From positions 1,440,001 to 1,472,000 of the forward strand of contig OW818668.1 of NCBI GenBank assembly GCA_942493105.1: a stretch of DNA of 32,000 bases. Reading direction: 5' to 3'. Under the pieces are notes generated by a model. The model searched no databases. It was not told the DNA's origin and saw nothing but the letters and a program-made list of their open reading frames with translations. Shown piece after piece: positions 8,501-15,936 of the stretch. Position 1 is the stretch's first letter. The number at the start of each line of letters is the position of its first letter. A program made the position numbers and the translations under genes. Origin of the DNA: an uncultured Erysipelotrichaceae bacterium. Its GTDB lineage: Bacteria > Bacillota_I > Bacilli_A > Erysipelotrichales > Erysipelotrichaceae.

Positions 8501-10129
8501 ATGAAAACAGCCCTCGTCAGTTTGAATGTCAGCTACATCCACAAGAATCTGGCGCTTAGGTGGCTGATGGTGACCAAACCATCCCATCATGAGGCCAAGA
8601 TCTTTGAGGGCGTCTGTAAGACACCGCTGAGTCTATTGGATGATATTTTGATGTTTGAACCTGATGTGATTGCACTCAGTATCTACATCTTCAATATCGA
8701 TGCGTCAATGCACTTGATCAAAGCGTTGAAAGAAAAACGTCCAATACTTAAAATCGTTGCAGGTGGACCTGAAGCCACTTATCATCCTGAACCCTTATGG
8801 GAATGTGGAATAGACGGCATTTTCAAAGGCGAAACAGAACTTGTCTTTTGGGATCAACTGGAAGGCAAGACCACTCAGGGTTATCAAAGCGATCATGATG
8901 AGAAAACAGAGATTCTTAAAGTCGATCTTAAGCGATTAGAAAGCTATCCTTCGCCTTATTTCTTACCTGAAGATCAAAAAGACATGGGACAGCGTTACTT
9001 ATATGTTGAAACATCCAGAGGTTGTCCATATGGGTGTACCTATTGTATGGCTTCATTGGATCGTCAAGTTCGTCTGTTTTCAGAATCTTATCTCGACACC
9101 TTCTTTCAACAACTTCAAACTTCAAAGGTTAAACAAGTCAAATTCTTAGATCGAACATTCAACATTTCGAAGACCAGAGCCCTTAAGATTGCCCATCAAT
9201 GTCTCAATATGCCTGAAACAATGTCATTTCATGTGGAATTGGTAGGGGATACGCTTGATGATGAATTGATTCAGTTTTTTGTATCTAAAGGTCAACAGCG
9301 TTTCAGAATGGAAATTGGGGTTCAATCCTTGAATCAAAAGACGCTGAAAGCTGTTGATCGAGTTTCCAATTTACCAAAACTATTAGGTTTGATCGAGCTC
9401 TTTTCATCCCATCAACTTAAACAACATGTCGATCTGATTGCTGGTTTACCCTATGAAGATCTCCCATCTTTTAAACAATCTTATCAAGGGCTCATCCATC
9501 TAAAACCCCATGAGATCCAAGTCGGAATCCTTAAGCTATTACATGGTTCTGTTTTAAGAGAAAAAGCTCAAGAGTATGGGATGATTGCCTCCACGATTGC
9601 ACCTTATCAAATCACTCAGAGTCATTGGATGAGCTATGAAGACATCCAAGAAGTAGAAGCGGTAGCCTTAGCGACTGAAAAGACTTATAATACTCAAAAA
9701 CTCAATGAAGAATTGGATCTGGTATTTGAAGATGAGTCTCTTAGTGCGTTTGACGTGATGAAAACGATTGGTGTTTTGATCAAAGATTTGAAGCATCCCT
9801 ATACCAATCAAGCCTTATACCTTTCGGTTTATCAAGGTTTATCCCAACACATCGATCCAAATCGAGCCAAGTCTTTAATCAATCATGCCTATTATAAAAA
9901 AAGTGCTTTATGTCCGCCAGCGTTGTTTCCGTATACTTTTGATAAAAATAGGATCAATAAGATCAAAGAGCACTTAAACTTAGGACATGAGATCAAGCAC
10001 TTGATCTTAACTCAACGCATTGATGGATCACTTGGTCATACTTGCTTCATATATGGCCAAAAGGGAACTCTGCGATCTATGGTATTATTGGATGAATCAG
10101 ATCATACTGATCAAAGGGGAAATCTATGA
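8501..10129 (+). CDS. B12-binding-domain radical SAM protein with C-terminal DUF4080-like extension
   Basis: N-terminal Rossmann-like B12-binding region, then the radical SAM cluster motif ETSRGCPYGCTYC (CxxxCxxC), then a C-terminal extension of about 150 aa. Confidence 0.8.
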   Translation: MKTALVSLNVSYIHKNLALRWLMVTKPSHHEAKIFEGVCKTPLSLLDDILMFEPDVIALSIYIFNIDASMHLIKALKEKRPILKIVAGGPEATYHPEPLWECGIDGIFKGETELVFWDQLEGKTTQGYQSDHDEKTEILKVDLKRLESYPSPYFLPEDQKDMGQRYLYVETSRGCPYGCTYCMASLDRQVRLFSESYLDTFFQQLQTSKVKQVKFLDRTFNISKTRALKIAHQCLNMPETMSFHVELVGDTLDDELIQFFVSKGQQRFRMEIGVQSLNQKTLKAVDRVSNLPKLLGLIELFSSHQLKQHVDLIAGLPYEDLPSFKQSYQGLIHLKPHEIQVGILKLLHGSVLREKAQEYGMIASTIAPYQITQSHWMSYEDIQEVEAVALATEKTYNTQKLNEELDLVFEDESLSAFDVMKTIGVLIKDLKHPYTNQALYLSVYQGLSQHIDPNRAKSLINHAYYKKSALCPPALFPYTFDKNRINKIKEHLNLGHEIKHLILTQRIDGSLGHTCFIYGQKGTLRSMVLLDESDHTDQRGNL

Positions 10130-10743
10130 AACTGTGTCTTGCGACCCACAATCAAAATAAAGTCATCGAATTAAGATCCTTATTGAGTGATCATCCGGAT
10201 GTAGAGATCTTAACTTTCAATGATTTAAACATCACCGATGAACCCGAAGAAAATGAACCTACCTTTGAAGGCAATGCCCGCTTAAAGGCACTCTGGGCTA
10301 CCCAACAAACCGGACTCATTTCACTGGCAGATGATTCCGGACTTGAAATTGATGCGTTAAACAAAGAACCTGGGGTTTATTCAGCCCGTTATTTGGGTAA
10401 AGATACCCCTTATGTAGAAAAGAATCAAATCATCTTAGATCGTATAAAAGATGCTCAAGATCGAACAGCTCGTTTCATCAGTGTCGTGGCGATCGCATTT
10501 CCGCAAGGCAATCAATCACACCTTAAGAATACTGATATAATTTGTTGTGAAGGGATCATGGAAGGGCATATCGCTTATGCTCAAAAAGGAACCAATGGAT
10601 TTGGTTATGATCCCATCTTTATTCCTTCAGGTTTTAATGAAACCTATGCGCAAATGAGCACTTTGGATAAGAATAAAGTCTCTCATCGAGGTCAAGCTTT
10701 CAGAAGTGCCGTCAAGATCTTAATCGGAAAGGGAATATTATGA
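10126..10743 (+). CDS. rdgB: Non-canonical purine NTP pyrophosphatase (dITP/XTPase, HAM1/RdgB family)
   Basis: Motifs LATHNQNKVIE, DDSGLEIDALN.EPGVYSARY, FGYDPIF and SHRGQA. ATGA overlap with the upstream gene. Confidence 0.9.
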   Translation: MKLCLATHNQNKVIELRSLLSDHPDVEILTFNDLNITDEPEENEPTFEGNARLKALWATQQTGLISLADDSGLEIDALNKEPGVYSARYLGKDTPYVEKNQIILDRIKDAQDRTARFISVVAIAFPQGNQSHLKNTDIICCEGIMEGHIAYAQKGTNGFGYDPIFIPSGFNETYAQMSTLDKNKVSHRGQAFRSAVKILIGKGIL

Positions 10744-12149
10744 GATTGGTCGAAAAAGTAAACGCAATAGCCTTAGGAACCATCATATGGATCGTTTTGA
10801 TCATCAGTGCACTTCAATTGACCGGATTCAATTTAGATTTTTATGTTGAACAATACGCATCACGTGACACAGCCGAAGAAATCGGGGTTTCTTCTGCGGA
10901 TCTGATGCATGTGACTGAAGTTCTGCTCGATTATACCTCTGGAAAACGAGATGATATGATCGTAGAAGTTGAAGTCAATGGGACCATTCAACCTTTCTTC
11001 AATCAAAAAGAAATCGATCATATGTTGGATGTAAGAATCTTATATCTCAATGTGATCCAACTTAGAAATATCTTGTTGATTTTTGCCTTAGCGAATATCT
11101 TTGCCTTGTTGGCCTTTAATCGCAAATCTTCGATTTCAATTCTTCAGTTTGGTTTGAAATGGGTCACGATAGGATTAGGAGCAATCATTGTCGGTTTGGC
11201 TGCCTTTGCGATCATTGATTTTGAAGCATTTTGGACAGCTTTTCATAAAGTCTTATTTACCAACGATTTGTGGCTTTTAGATCCATACACTGATAATTTG
11301 ATCAATATGGTCCCAGAGCGATTCTTTATTGATTTGATCTTGATGATCGCAGTGCATTTTTCACTGGCTTTGTTGACACTGTTTACTTTGCTTCAAGCCA
11401 TCAAAGATAAAGGCATCAATCAAAACATGTTGAAAGTGATCGCAGTCATCACAATGACCATTGATCATGTCGGCTATTTCTTGTTTCCAGAAATTCGAGA
11501 ATTACGCATCATCGGCAGAATTGCCTATCCGATCTTTACCTATCTATTTGCGATGAGTTATCGTTTCTCGCATGATCGAAAAGCCCTCTTGATTCGATTA
11601 AGCATCTTTGCGGTTGTGGGTCATGGCTTGATTTACGCTGCTGGCCAAAGAGGCTTCTATAATATCTTGTTTTTGTTTGTAATGGGTTGGTTTGCCTTTT
11701 GGATCATCGATCAGAAAAAAGACATCATCTTATCCATCATCGGAGTAGGTGTGTTGGCTTATCTTGCGGAGACGATAGGGGTCGATTATGGTGCTTATGG
11801 AGTTGTGACTTTGGTGATCTTTTATGTTTTTCATGACCAAAAACTTAAACAATTTAGTGCTTTTGCGATTTTGACTTTCTTGTTTAGTTTCCAATGGTTG
11901 ATCGTAAGACTCATCAATGATCCTGTTTATTGGAGCTATTTACCTCAGATCTTCAGTAAAGGCATCTATAGCTTTACTGGAAGTTTTCCGCAGACCTTTG
12001 CAGTCTTGGCTTTAATTCCTTTAGCTTTCTATGTCTATAAAAAGCCTAAAGACAAGACCAGTCTTATCTATAAAGCCAATCAATACTTCTATTATGTGTA
12101 TTATCCTGTTCATTTTGCCATCTTGGCATACATCCACTATCACCTATGA
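10740..12149 (+). CDS. Fusion membrane protein: N-terminal TIGR01906/DUF1461 (Lit-like) domain + C-terminal TraX-family domain
   Basis: Residues 1-~220 carry DUF1461-like hallmarks (FNLDFY, KEIDHMLDVR, FHKVLFTNDLWLLDPYTDNLINMVPERFF). From about residue 230 (nt ~11427), LKVIAVITMTIDHVGYFLFP and about 8 further TM helices match TraX. There is no stop or frame change between the halves. Confidence 0.65.
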   Translation: MRLVEKVNAIALGTIIWIVLIISALQLTGFNLDFYVEQYASRDTAEEIGVSSADLMHVTEVLLDYTSGKRDDMIVEVEVNGTIQPFFNQKEIDHMLDVRILYLNVIQLRNILLIFALANIFALLAFNRKSSISILQFGLKWVTIGLGAIIVGLAAFAIIDFEAFWTAFHKVLFTNDLWLLDPYTDNLINMVPERFFIDLILMIAVHFSLALLTLFTLLQAIKDKGINQNMLKVIAVITMTIDHVGYFLFPEIRELRIIGRIAYPIFTYLFAMSYRFSHDRKALLIRLSIFAVVGHGLIYAAGQRGFYNILFLFVMGWFAFWIIDQKKDIILSIIGVGVLAYLAETIGVDYGAYGVVTLVIFYVFHDQKLKQFSAFAILTFLFSFQWLIVRLINDPVYWSYLPQIFSKGIYSFTGSFPQTFAVLALIPLAFYVYKKPKDKTSLIYKANQYFYYVYYPVHFAILAYIHYHL

Positions 12150-12652
12150 TCCACATCGTTTTATTTGAACCTGAGATCCCGCAAAACACAGGCAACATCA
12201 TGCGGACCTGTGTTGCGACAGGAGCGACTTTACATCTGATCAAGCCTTTGGGGTTTAAATTGGATGAACAACGCATACGAAGAAGCGGGATGGATTATAT
12301 CGATGATTTATCTTACTTTGTGTATGAGAACTTTGATGACTTCAAACTTCAACATCCCCATGATTTTTTTTACATCACACGCTATGGAAAAAAGACCCCT
12401 TATCAAGTCGACTTCAAAGCTGTTTTAGGCGATATTTATCTGATGTTTGGGAAAGAAAGTACAGGAATACCTAAAGCTACTCTACAAGCCCATTTAGAGC
12501 GCTGTCTAAGGCTTCCAATGGTCAAGACAGCCAGAAGTCTCAACCTGTCAAATAGTGTCGCCATCGTCATTTATGAGGTTCTTAGACAACTTGATTTTCC
12601 TGACTTGTCTTCAGTAGAATTCTTGAAAGGCGAAGATTGGTTAAACCAATGA
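12146..12652 (+). CDS. trmL: tRNA (cytidine/uridine-34-2'-O)-methyltransferase, SpoU/TrmH class
   Basis: 168 aa with EPEIPQNTGNIMRTC at the N-terminus and the LNLSNSVAIVIYE trefoil-knot motif. ATGA overlap upstream. Confidence 0.85.
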   Translation: MIHIVLFEPEIPQNTGNIMRTCVATGATLHLIKPLGFKLDEQRIRRSGMDYIDDLSYFVYENFDDFKLQHPHDFFYITRYGKKTPYQVDFKAVLGDIYLMFGKESTGIPKATLQAHLERCLRLPMVKTARSLNLSNSVAIVIYEVLRQLDFPDLSSVEFLKGEDWLNQ

Positions 12653-13176
12653 ATACACTCTTAGATTGGTTAGAATCCAGACATCATCGCATGGTAATGA
12701 TCTTTGCGATCTTTACGATAAGTGCCTGGTGGATCCTTAAGAATCAGATTGCTTTTGCCTATCCATTAACTCAAATCGATTCAATCACTCAATTGACTAT
12801 TTTAACTCAACTCAAAGAAGCGACTTTGATGAGTCGTTGGGGTGCCCTTTATTTGGATTATGGATTAAAGTTTAATGTGTTGTTTAGTGCCATTTATATC
12901 GAAGATTGGGTCTTCATAGGTTTAGGGACATTACTATGTTTTAAAGCGAATGGCTATAAGACATATCTCATTGCGAGGATCGTAGTGGGTTTGGAGCTCT
13001 TGATTAATGTGGGATTGGCCTACGTGATGCTTTTTGGAATGCAGTCCTTTGATACGACAGCAATCTTAAACAATGTCAAATTCTTTGCGACCTTTGAGCT
13101 TCTGTGTTCACTGGGTTTAATGATCTTGCTTTTTGTGACTTTCTTGAGAATGTGTTTTCGTGAGTATTCGGATTGA
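12649..13176 (+). CDS. Hypothetical polytopic membrane protein
   Basis: ORF with about 4-5 hydrophobic helices. The start at ATG 12649 was chosen because it forms an ATGA overlap with the trmL stop. No family recognised. Confidence 0.5.
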   Translation: MNTLLDWLESRHHRMVMIFAIFTISAWWILKNQIAFAYPLTQIDSITQLTILTQLKEATLMSRWGALYLDYGLKFNVLFSAIYIEDWVFIGLGTLLCFKANGYKTYLIARIVVGLELLINVGLAYVMLFGMQSFDTTAILNNVKFFATFELLCSLGLMILLFVTFLRMCFREYSD

Positions 13177-13201
13177 AAGATTGGTGTTGTTTGCGTATAA
13201 T
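13173..13201 (+). promoter_or_regulatory. Near-consensus sigma-A promoter
   Basis: TTGAAA (13173-13178), 17-nt spacer, TATAAT (13196-13201). Confidence 0.7.
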
Positions 13202-13219
13202 AAATGACGAGGTAAAGCC

Positions 13220-13366
13220 ATGATTGAAAATCTTAACGACATTATGTCTGCTTTCTTGATCATCTTAAGCGTGGCATTTGCGCTCATCCTGAATTTGGGC
13301 TTATTTATACGTCATCGTAAGAAGAAGATCATTCAGGAAGAAATCGAATACTACAAAGAGTGGTAA
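13220..13366 (+). CDS. Small single-TM membrane peptide (48 aa), absent from the ORF track
   Basis: Hand translation gives MIENLNDIMSAFLIILSVAFALILNLGLFIRHRKKKIIQEEIEYYKEW*. SD GAGGT lies 6 nt upstream. The peptide is one TM helix followed by a basic/acidic tail, and its stop abuts the SD of the next gene. Confidence 0.5.
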   Translation: MIENLNDIMSAFLIILSVAFALILNLGLFIRHRKKKIIQEEIEYYKEW

Positions 13367-13376
13367 AAGGAGCACC

Positions 13377-13997
13377 ATGTTTACAAAATCATTCGTATCC
13401 CCTCATGTTTATAAGCCGATTGGACCTTATTCACCAGCTGTAAAGTTGGGCGACTTTGTTTATCTAAGCGGACAACTTCCACTGGATGTTGAAGGCAAAT
13501 TGGTTGAAGGCGACATTCAAGAACAGGCTTATCAAGTTTTGAAAAACATTGAAGCGACGTTGGCTGAAATGAATCTTGAGATGCGTCATATCGTTAAGAC
13601 GACGGTTTTCTTAACGGATTTAAGTGAATTCCAAGCCATGAATGAAATCTATGCGACCTATTTCTCAGATCCTTATCCAGCACGTTCAGCAGTTCAAGTT
13701 GCTGCTTTACCTAAAGGTGCAAAAATCGAAATTGAAGCCATTGTGATCGATACTTTGGTTTATGAACAGCAAGTGGCTCATCAACATGGTGAAGCTTGCG
13801 GTTGCGGAGATGATTGTGGCTGTGAAGATGGTTGTACTTGCGGCGAAGGTGATGAAGCCTGTAGCTGTAAAGAAGGCGATGAAGCCTGCAGCTGTAAAGA
13901 AGGCGATGAAGCCTGCAGCTGTAAAGAAGGTGAAGGCGCTTGTGACTGTGAAAAAGTCGAAGAAGAAACCACCTGTGAAGGGAATTGCTGCGGTTAG
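13377..13997 (+). CDS. ridA: RidA (YjgF/UK114) family protein with C-terminal Cys-rich metallothionein-like extension
   Basis: Residues 1-~125 are a typical RidA domain (PIGPYSPAVKLGDFVYLSGQLPLD ... ARSAVQVAALPKGAKIEIEAI). Residues 141-205 contain 17 Cys, mostly as CxC pairs. SD AAGGAG. Confidence 0.85.
   Translation: MFTKSFVSPHVYKPIGPYSPAVKLGDFVYLSGQLPLDVEGKLVEGDIQEQAYQVLKNIEATLAEMNLEMRHIVKTTVFLTDLSEFQAMNEIYATYFSDPYPARSAVQVAALPKGAKIEIEAIVIDTLVYEQQVAHQHGEACGCGDDCGCEDGCTCGEGDEACSCKEGDEACSCKEGDEACSCKEGEGACDCEKVEEETTCEGNCCG
13845..13952 (+). repeat. 27-bp in-frame tandem repeat (3 near-identical units + 1 degenerate) encoding EGDEACSCK
   Basis: Units are 13845-13871, 13872-13898 and 13899-13925. 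Units 2 and 3 are identical, and unit 1 differs only at two synonymous third positions. The degenerate unit 13926-13952 encodes EGEGACDCE. Confidence 0.95.
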
Positions 13998-14018
13998 AGA
14001 AATCTAGCCGTTTTTTTT
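13991..14018 (+). terminator. Rho-independent terminator after the RidA-family gene
   Basis: Stem CGGTTA / TAGCCG (one G-U pair) with an 8-nt loop, followed by T8. The stem overlaps the stop codon. Confidence 0.7.
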
Positions 14019-14052
14019 AGGAAATTTATCCTTTATCATAGAAATAGAAAGT

Positions 14053-14544
14053 ATGCGTCATGTCAATTACCTAAAGTATGATCCACTTAATCACATCACT
14101 TTGATCATGGGAACTGAAAATAGAAGTGCTTTGGGTAAACCCTTAGTGTTACTTGAAACTTGGGCAAATGCATATGGACTAGGCAGTTTAGGATCGTATG
14201 CCGCCTTTAAAAGAATGTTGTCGATCAAACAAAAAATACCCATCTTAATCGATCCTTTTCATCAAATTTATTTCTTTCCAACCTTAAGTCCTCAACTCAA
14301 TGCATGTTGCTGGATCAATGCTTCTCAAGTAAAAACCATCAAATCTAAAGAGATCCATTCGATCGTAAACTTTAAAGATGGTTCGTCCTTGAAGTTGGGA
14401 ATTGGCAGACGATCTTTGATGAAGCAAGTTCAACGATGCCAAAGCATGCAAGACTTAATCCAACAAACCCATTTTAACCAAGCGTTGGATTTATTAAGCC
14501 ATCATCCACCCATCCATCAAAACAAAGTGTTGTCCGAAAAATAA
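14053..14544 (+). CDS. comK: ComK-family competence transcription factor-like protein
   Basis: KIPILIDPFHQIYFFPTLSPQLNACCWINASQV matches the conserved ComK core (K.PI......iyfFPT.S.....C.Wi). At 163 aa it is somewhat shorter than B. subtilis ComK. Confidence 0.7.
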   Translation: MRHVNYLKYDPLNHITLIMGTENRSALGKPLVLLETWANAYGLGSLGSYAAFKRMLSIKQKIPILIDPFHQIYFFPTLSPQLNACCWINASQVKTIKSKEIHSIVNFKDGSSLKLGIGRRSLMKQVQRCQSMQDLIQQTHFNQALDLLSHHPPIHQNKVLSEK

Positions 14545-14578
14545 ACCAGATGGATGAAGTTTGATCAAAAACGGGACT

Positions 14579-14607
14579 TTGACTTGCGAAATGCCTCTGT
14601 TTATGGT
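14579..14607 (+). promoter_or_regulatory. Probable promoter of the metK leader
   Basis: TTGACT (14579-14584), 17-nt spacer, TATGGT (14602-14607). Confidence 0.5.
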
Positions 14608-14614
14608 TAAATAA

Positions 14615-14712
14615 TCCTGTCTTATCCAGAGTTGAGGTAGAGAGTTAGCTCGCATTACCTCACGCCAACCTGCATTACGCAAGGTGGTTCCGCTAACACC
14701 GATGAGGGACCA
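14615..14712 (+). promoter_or_regulatory. SAM riboswitch aptamer, SAM-I clan (S-box-like, possibly SAM-I/IV-type variant)
   Basis: P1 is CTTATC / GATGAG (14621-26 / 14701-06), with the conserved CTTATCcAGAG, GCCAACC and GATGAGgg strings. P2 is TGAGGTA / TACCTCA and P3 is CCTGC / GCAAGG. The pseudoknot GTTAGC (14644-49) / GCTAAC (14692-97) covaries with the consensus. The element lies directly upstream of metK. Confidence 0.75.
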
Positions 14713-14723
14713 GTTGACACACG

Positions 14724-14756
14724 AACCCTTCTTGAATGGACTAAGACGGGTTTTTT
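14724..14756 (+). terminator. Riboswitch expression-platform terminator
   Basis: The arm AACCCtTCTT and the arm AAGAcGGGTT are separated by a 9-nt loop and followed by TTTTTT. The 5' arm can alternatively pair with AAGGTGGTTC of the aptamer (antiterminator). Confidence 0.65.
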
Positions 14757-14771
14757 ATAAGGAGGAACCAT

Positions 14772-15914
14772 ATGAGCAGAAAATACTATTTTTCATCAGA
14801 AAGCGTGACAGATGGACATCCGGATAAGTGTTGCGATCAGATCGCAGATGCGATACTGGATGAAGCTTTACGCCGAAATAAACATGCGAAAATGGCTGTT
14901 GAAGCCACGATCAAAGATGACATCGTCATTGTTTATGGAGAACAAAATCTATTTGCCAATCTTGATGTGAAGCATTTACCGGAAGGTTTTGATCCTACGA
15001 TTGATTTTGCATCCATTGCCAAACAAGTATTACATGATATTGGTTATACCAATGAATTCAAAGTATTTGTTTTGGTCGGATCACAATCCAAAGATATCTT
15101 TAGTAAAGTTGTTTTAGGCAATGAAGTCGCTGCAGGAGACCAAGGCATCATGTTTGGCTATGCTTGTAAAGACACCCCTAACTATATGCCCCTTGCGATA
15201 GATACAGCTCATAAGCTTTCTAAACGTCTCTCAGACTTTAAACGCGAAGATGATCGAATCAAACCTGATGGTAAAACACAAGTTACGGTTTTATATGAGG
15301 ATGATAAACCAGTCAAGATCACAAAAGTGGTGGTATCCACTCAACATGATGCTGAATTAAAATTACCTGAATTACGAAAATTGATCCAACAAGAAGTCAT
15401 CGATAAGGTCATTGATCCTAAGTGGATTGATCCATACGATTTTGAAACCATCATCAATCCAGGTGGAGATTTCATCATTGGAGGTCCTTATGGAGATTCA
15501 GGGACCACAGGTCGTAAGATCGTCGTGGATACTTATGGTGGATCAGGACGAATCGGAGGAGGTTGTTTCAGTTCCAAAGATCCGTCTAAAGTCGATCGCA
15601 GTGCTGCTTATTATTGTCGCTATGTCGCAAAAAATATTGTGGCCAATGGATTGGCTGATCGATGTGAAGTACAAGTGTCTTATGCGATCGGGATGAAAGA
15701 TCCTTTATCGGTCTACATCAATACCTTCAACACTGAAAAGAAATCCATCGATGAGATCGCACAGATCGTCGATCGCAATTTCAACTTCGCCGTCGGTAAC
15801 ATCATCAAAGAACTCGATTTACTCAGACCCATCTATCGTAAAACCAGTAATTTCGGTCATTTCGGTCGTGAAGAACAAGAATTCACGTGGGAAAAGATCA
15901 TACATCTTAAGTAG
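14772..15914 (+). CDS. metK: S-adenosylmethionine synthase
   Basis: Motifs SESVTDGHPDKCCDQIADAILDE, GDQGIMFGYA and GGGCFSSKDPSKVDRSAAYY. Strong SD GGAGG. Confidence 0.95.
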   Translation: MSRKYYFSSESVTDGHPDKCCDQIADAILDEALRRNKHAKMAVEATIKDDIVIVYGEQNLFANLDVKHLPEGFDPTIDFASIAKQVLHDIGYTNEFKVFVLVGSQSKDIFSKVVLGNEVAAGDQGIMFGYACKDTPNYMPLAIDTAHKLSKRLSDFKREDDRIKPDGKTQVTVLYEDDKPVKITKVVVSTQHDAELKLPELRKLIQQEVIDKVIDPKWIDPYDFETIINPGGDFIIGGPYGDSGTTGRKIVVDTYGGSGRIGGGCFSSKDPSKVDRSAAYYCRYVAKNIVANGLADRCEVQVSYAIGMKDPLSVYINTFNTEKKSIDEIAQIVDRNFNFAVGNIIKELDLLRPIYRKTSNFGHFGREEQEFTWEKIIHLK

Positions 15915-15936
15915 GACCGTTTACGGTCCTTTTTCT
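15913..15936 (+). terminator. Rho-independent terminator after metK
   Basis: AGGACCG-TTTA-CGGTCCT followed by TTTT. Confidence 0.85.

Noticed and set aside
13845-13952. 27-nt direct repeats that could superficially suggest a CRISPR array or a non-coding minisatellite
   Set aside because: The units are strictly contiguous with no spacers. They lie in frame inside a long ORF, and their differences are synonymous. This is a coding tandem repeat, not a CRISPR array.
13762-14007. Alternative-frame ORFs over the repeat region (13762-14007 on + and 13781-13972 on -)
   Set aside because: These are low-complexity translations (AVKKAMKP..., SSPSLQLQA...) produced by the periodic repeat. They have no SD and are fully nested in the well-supported RidA-family frame.
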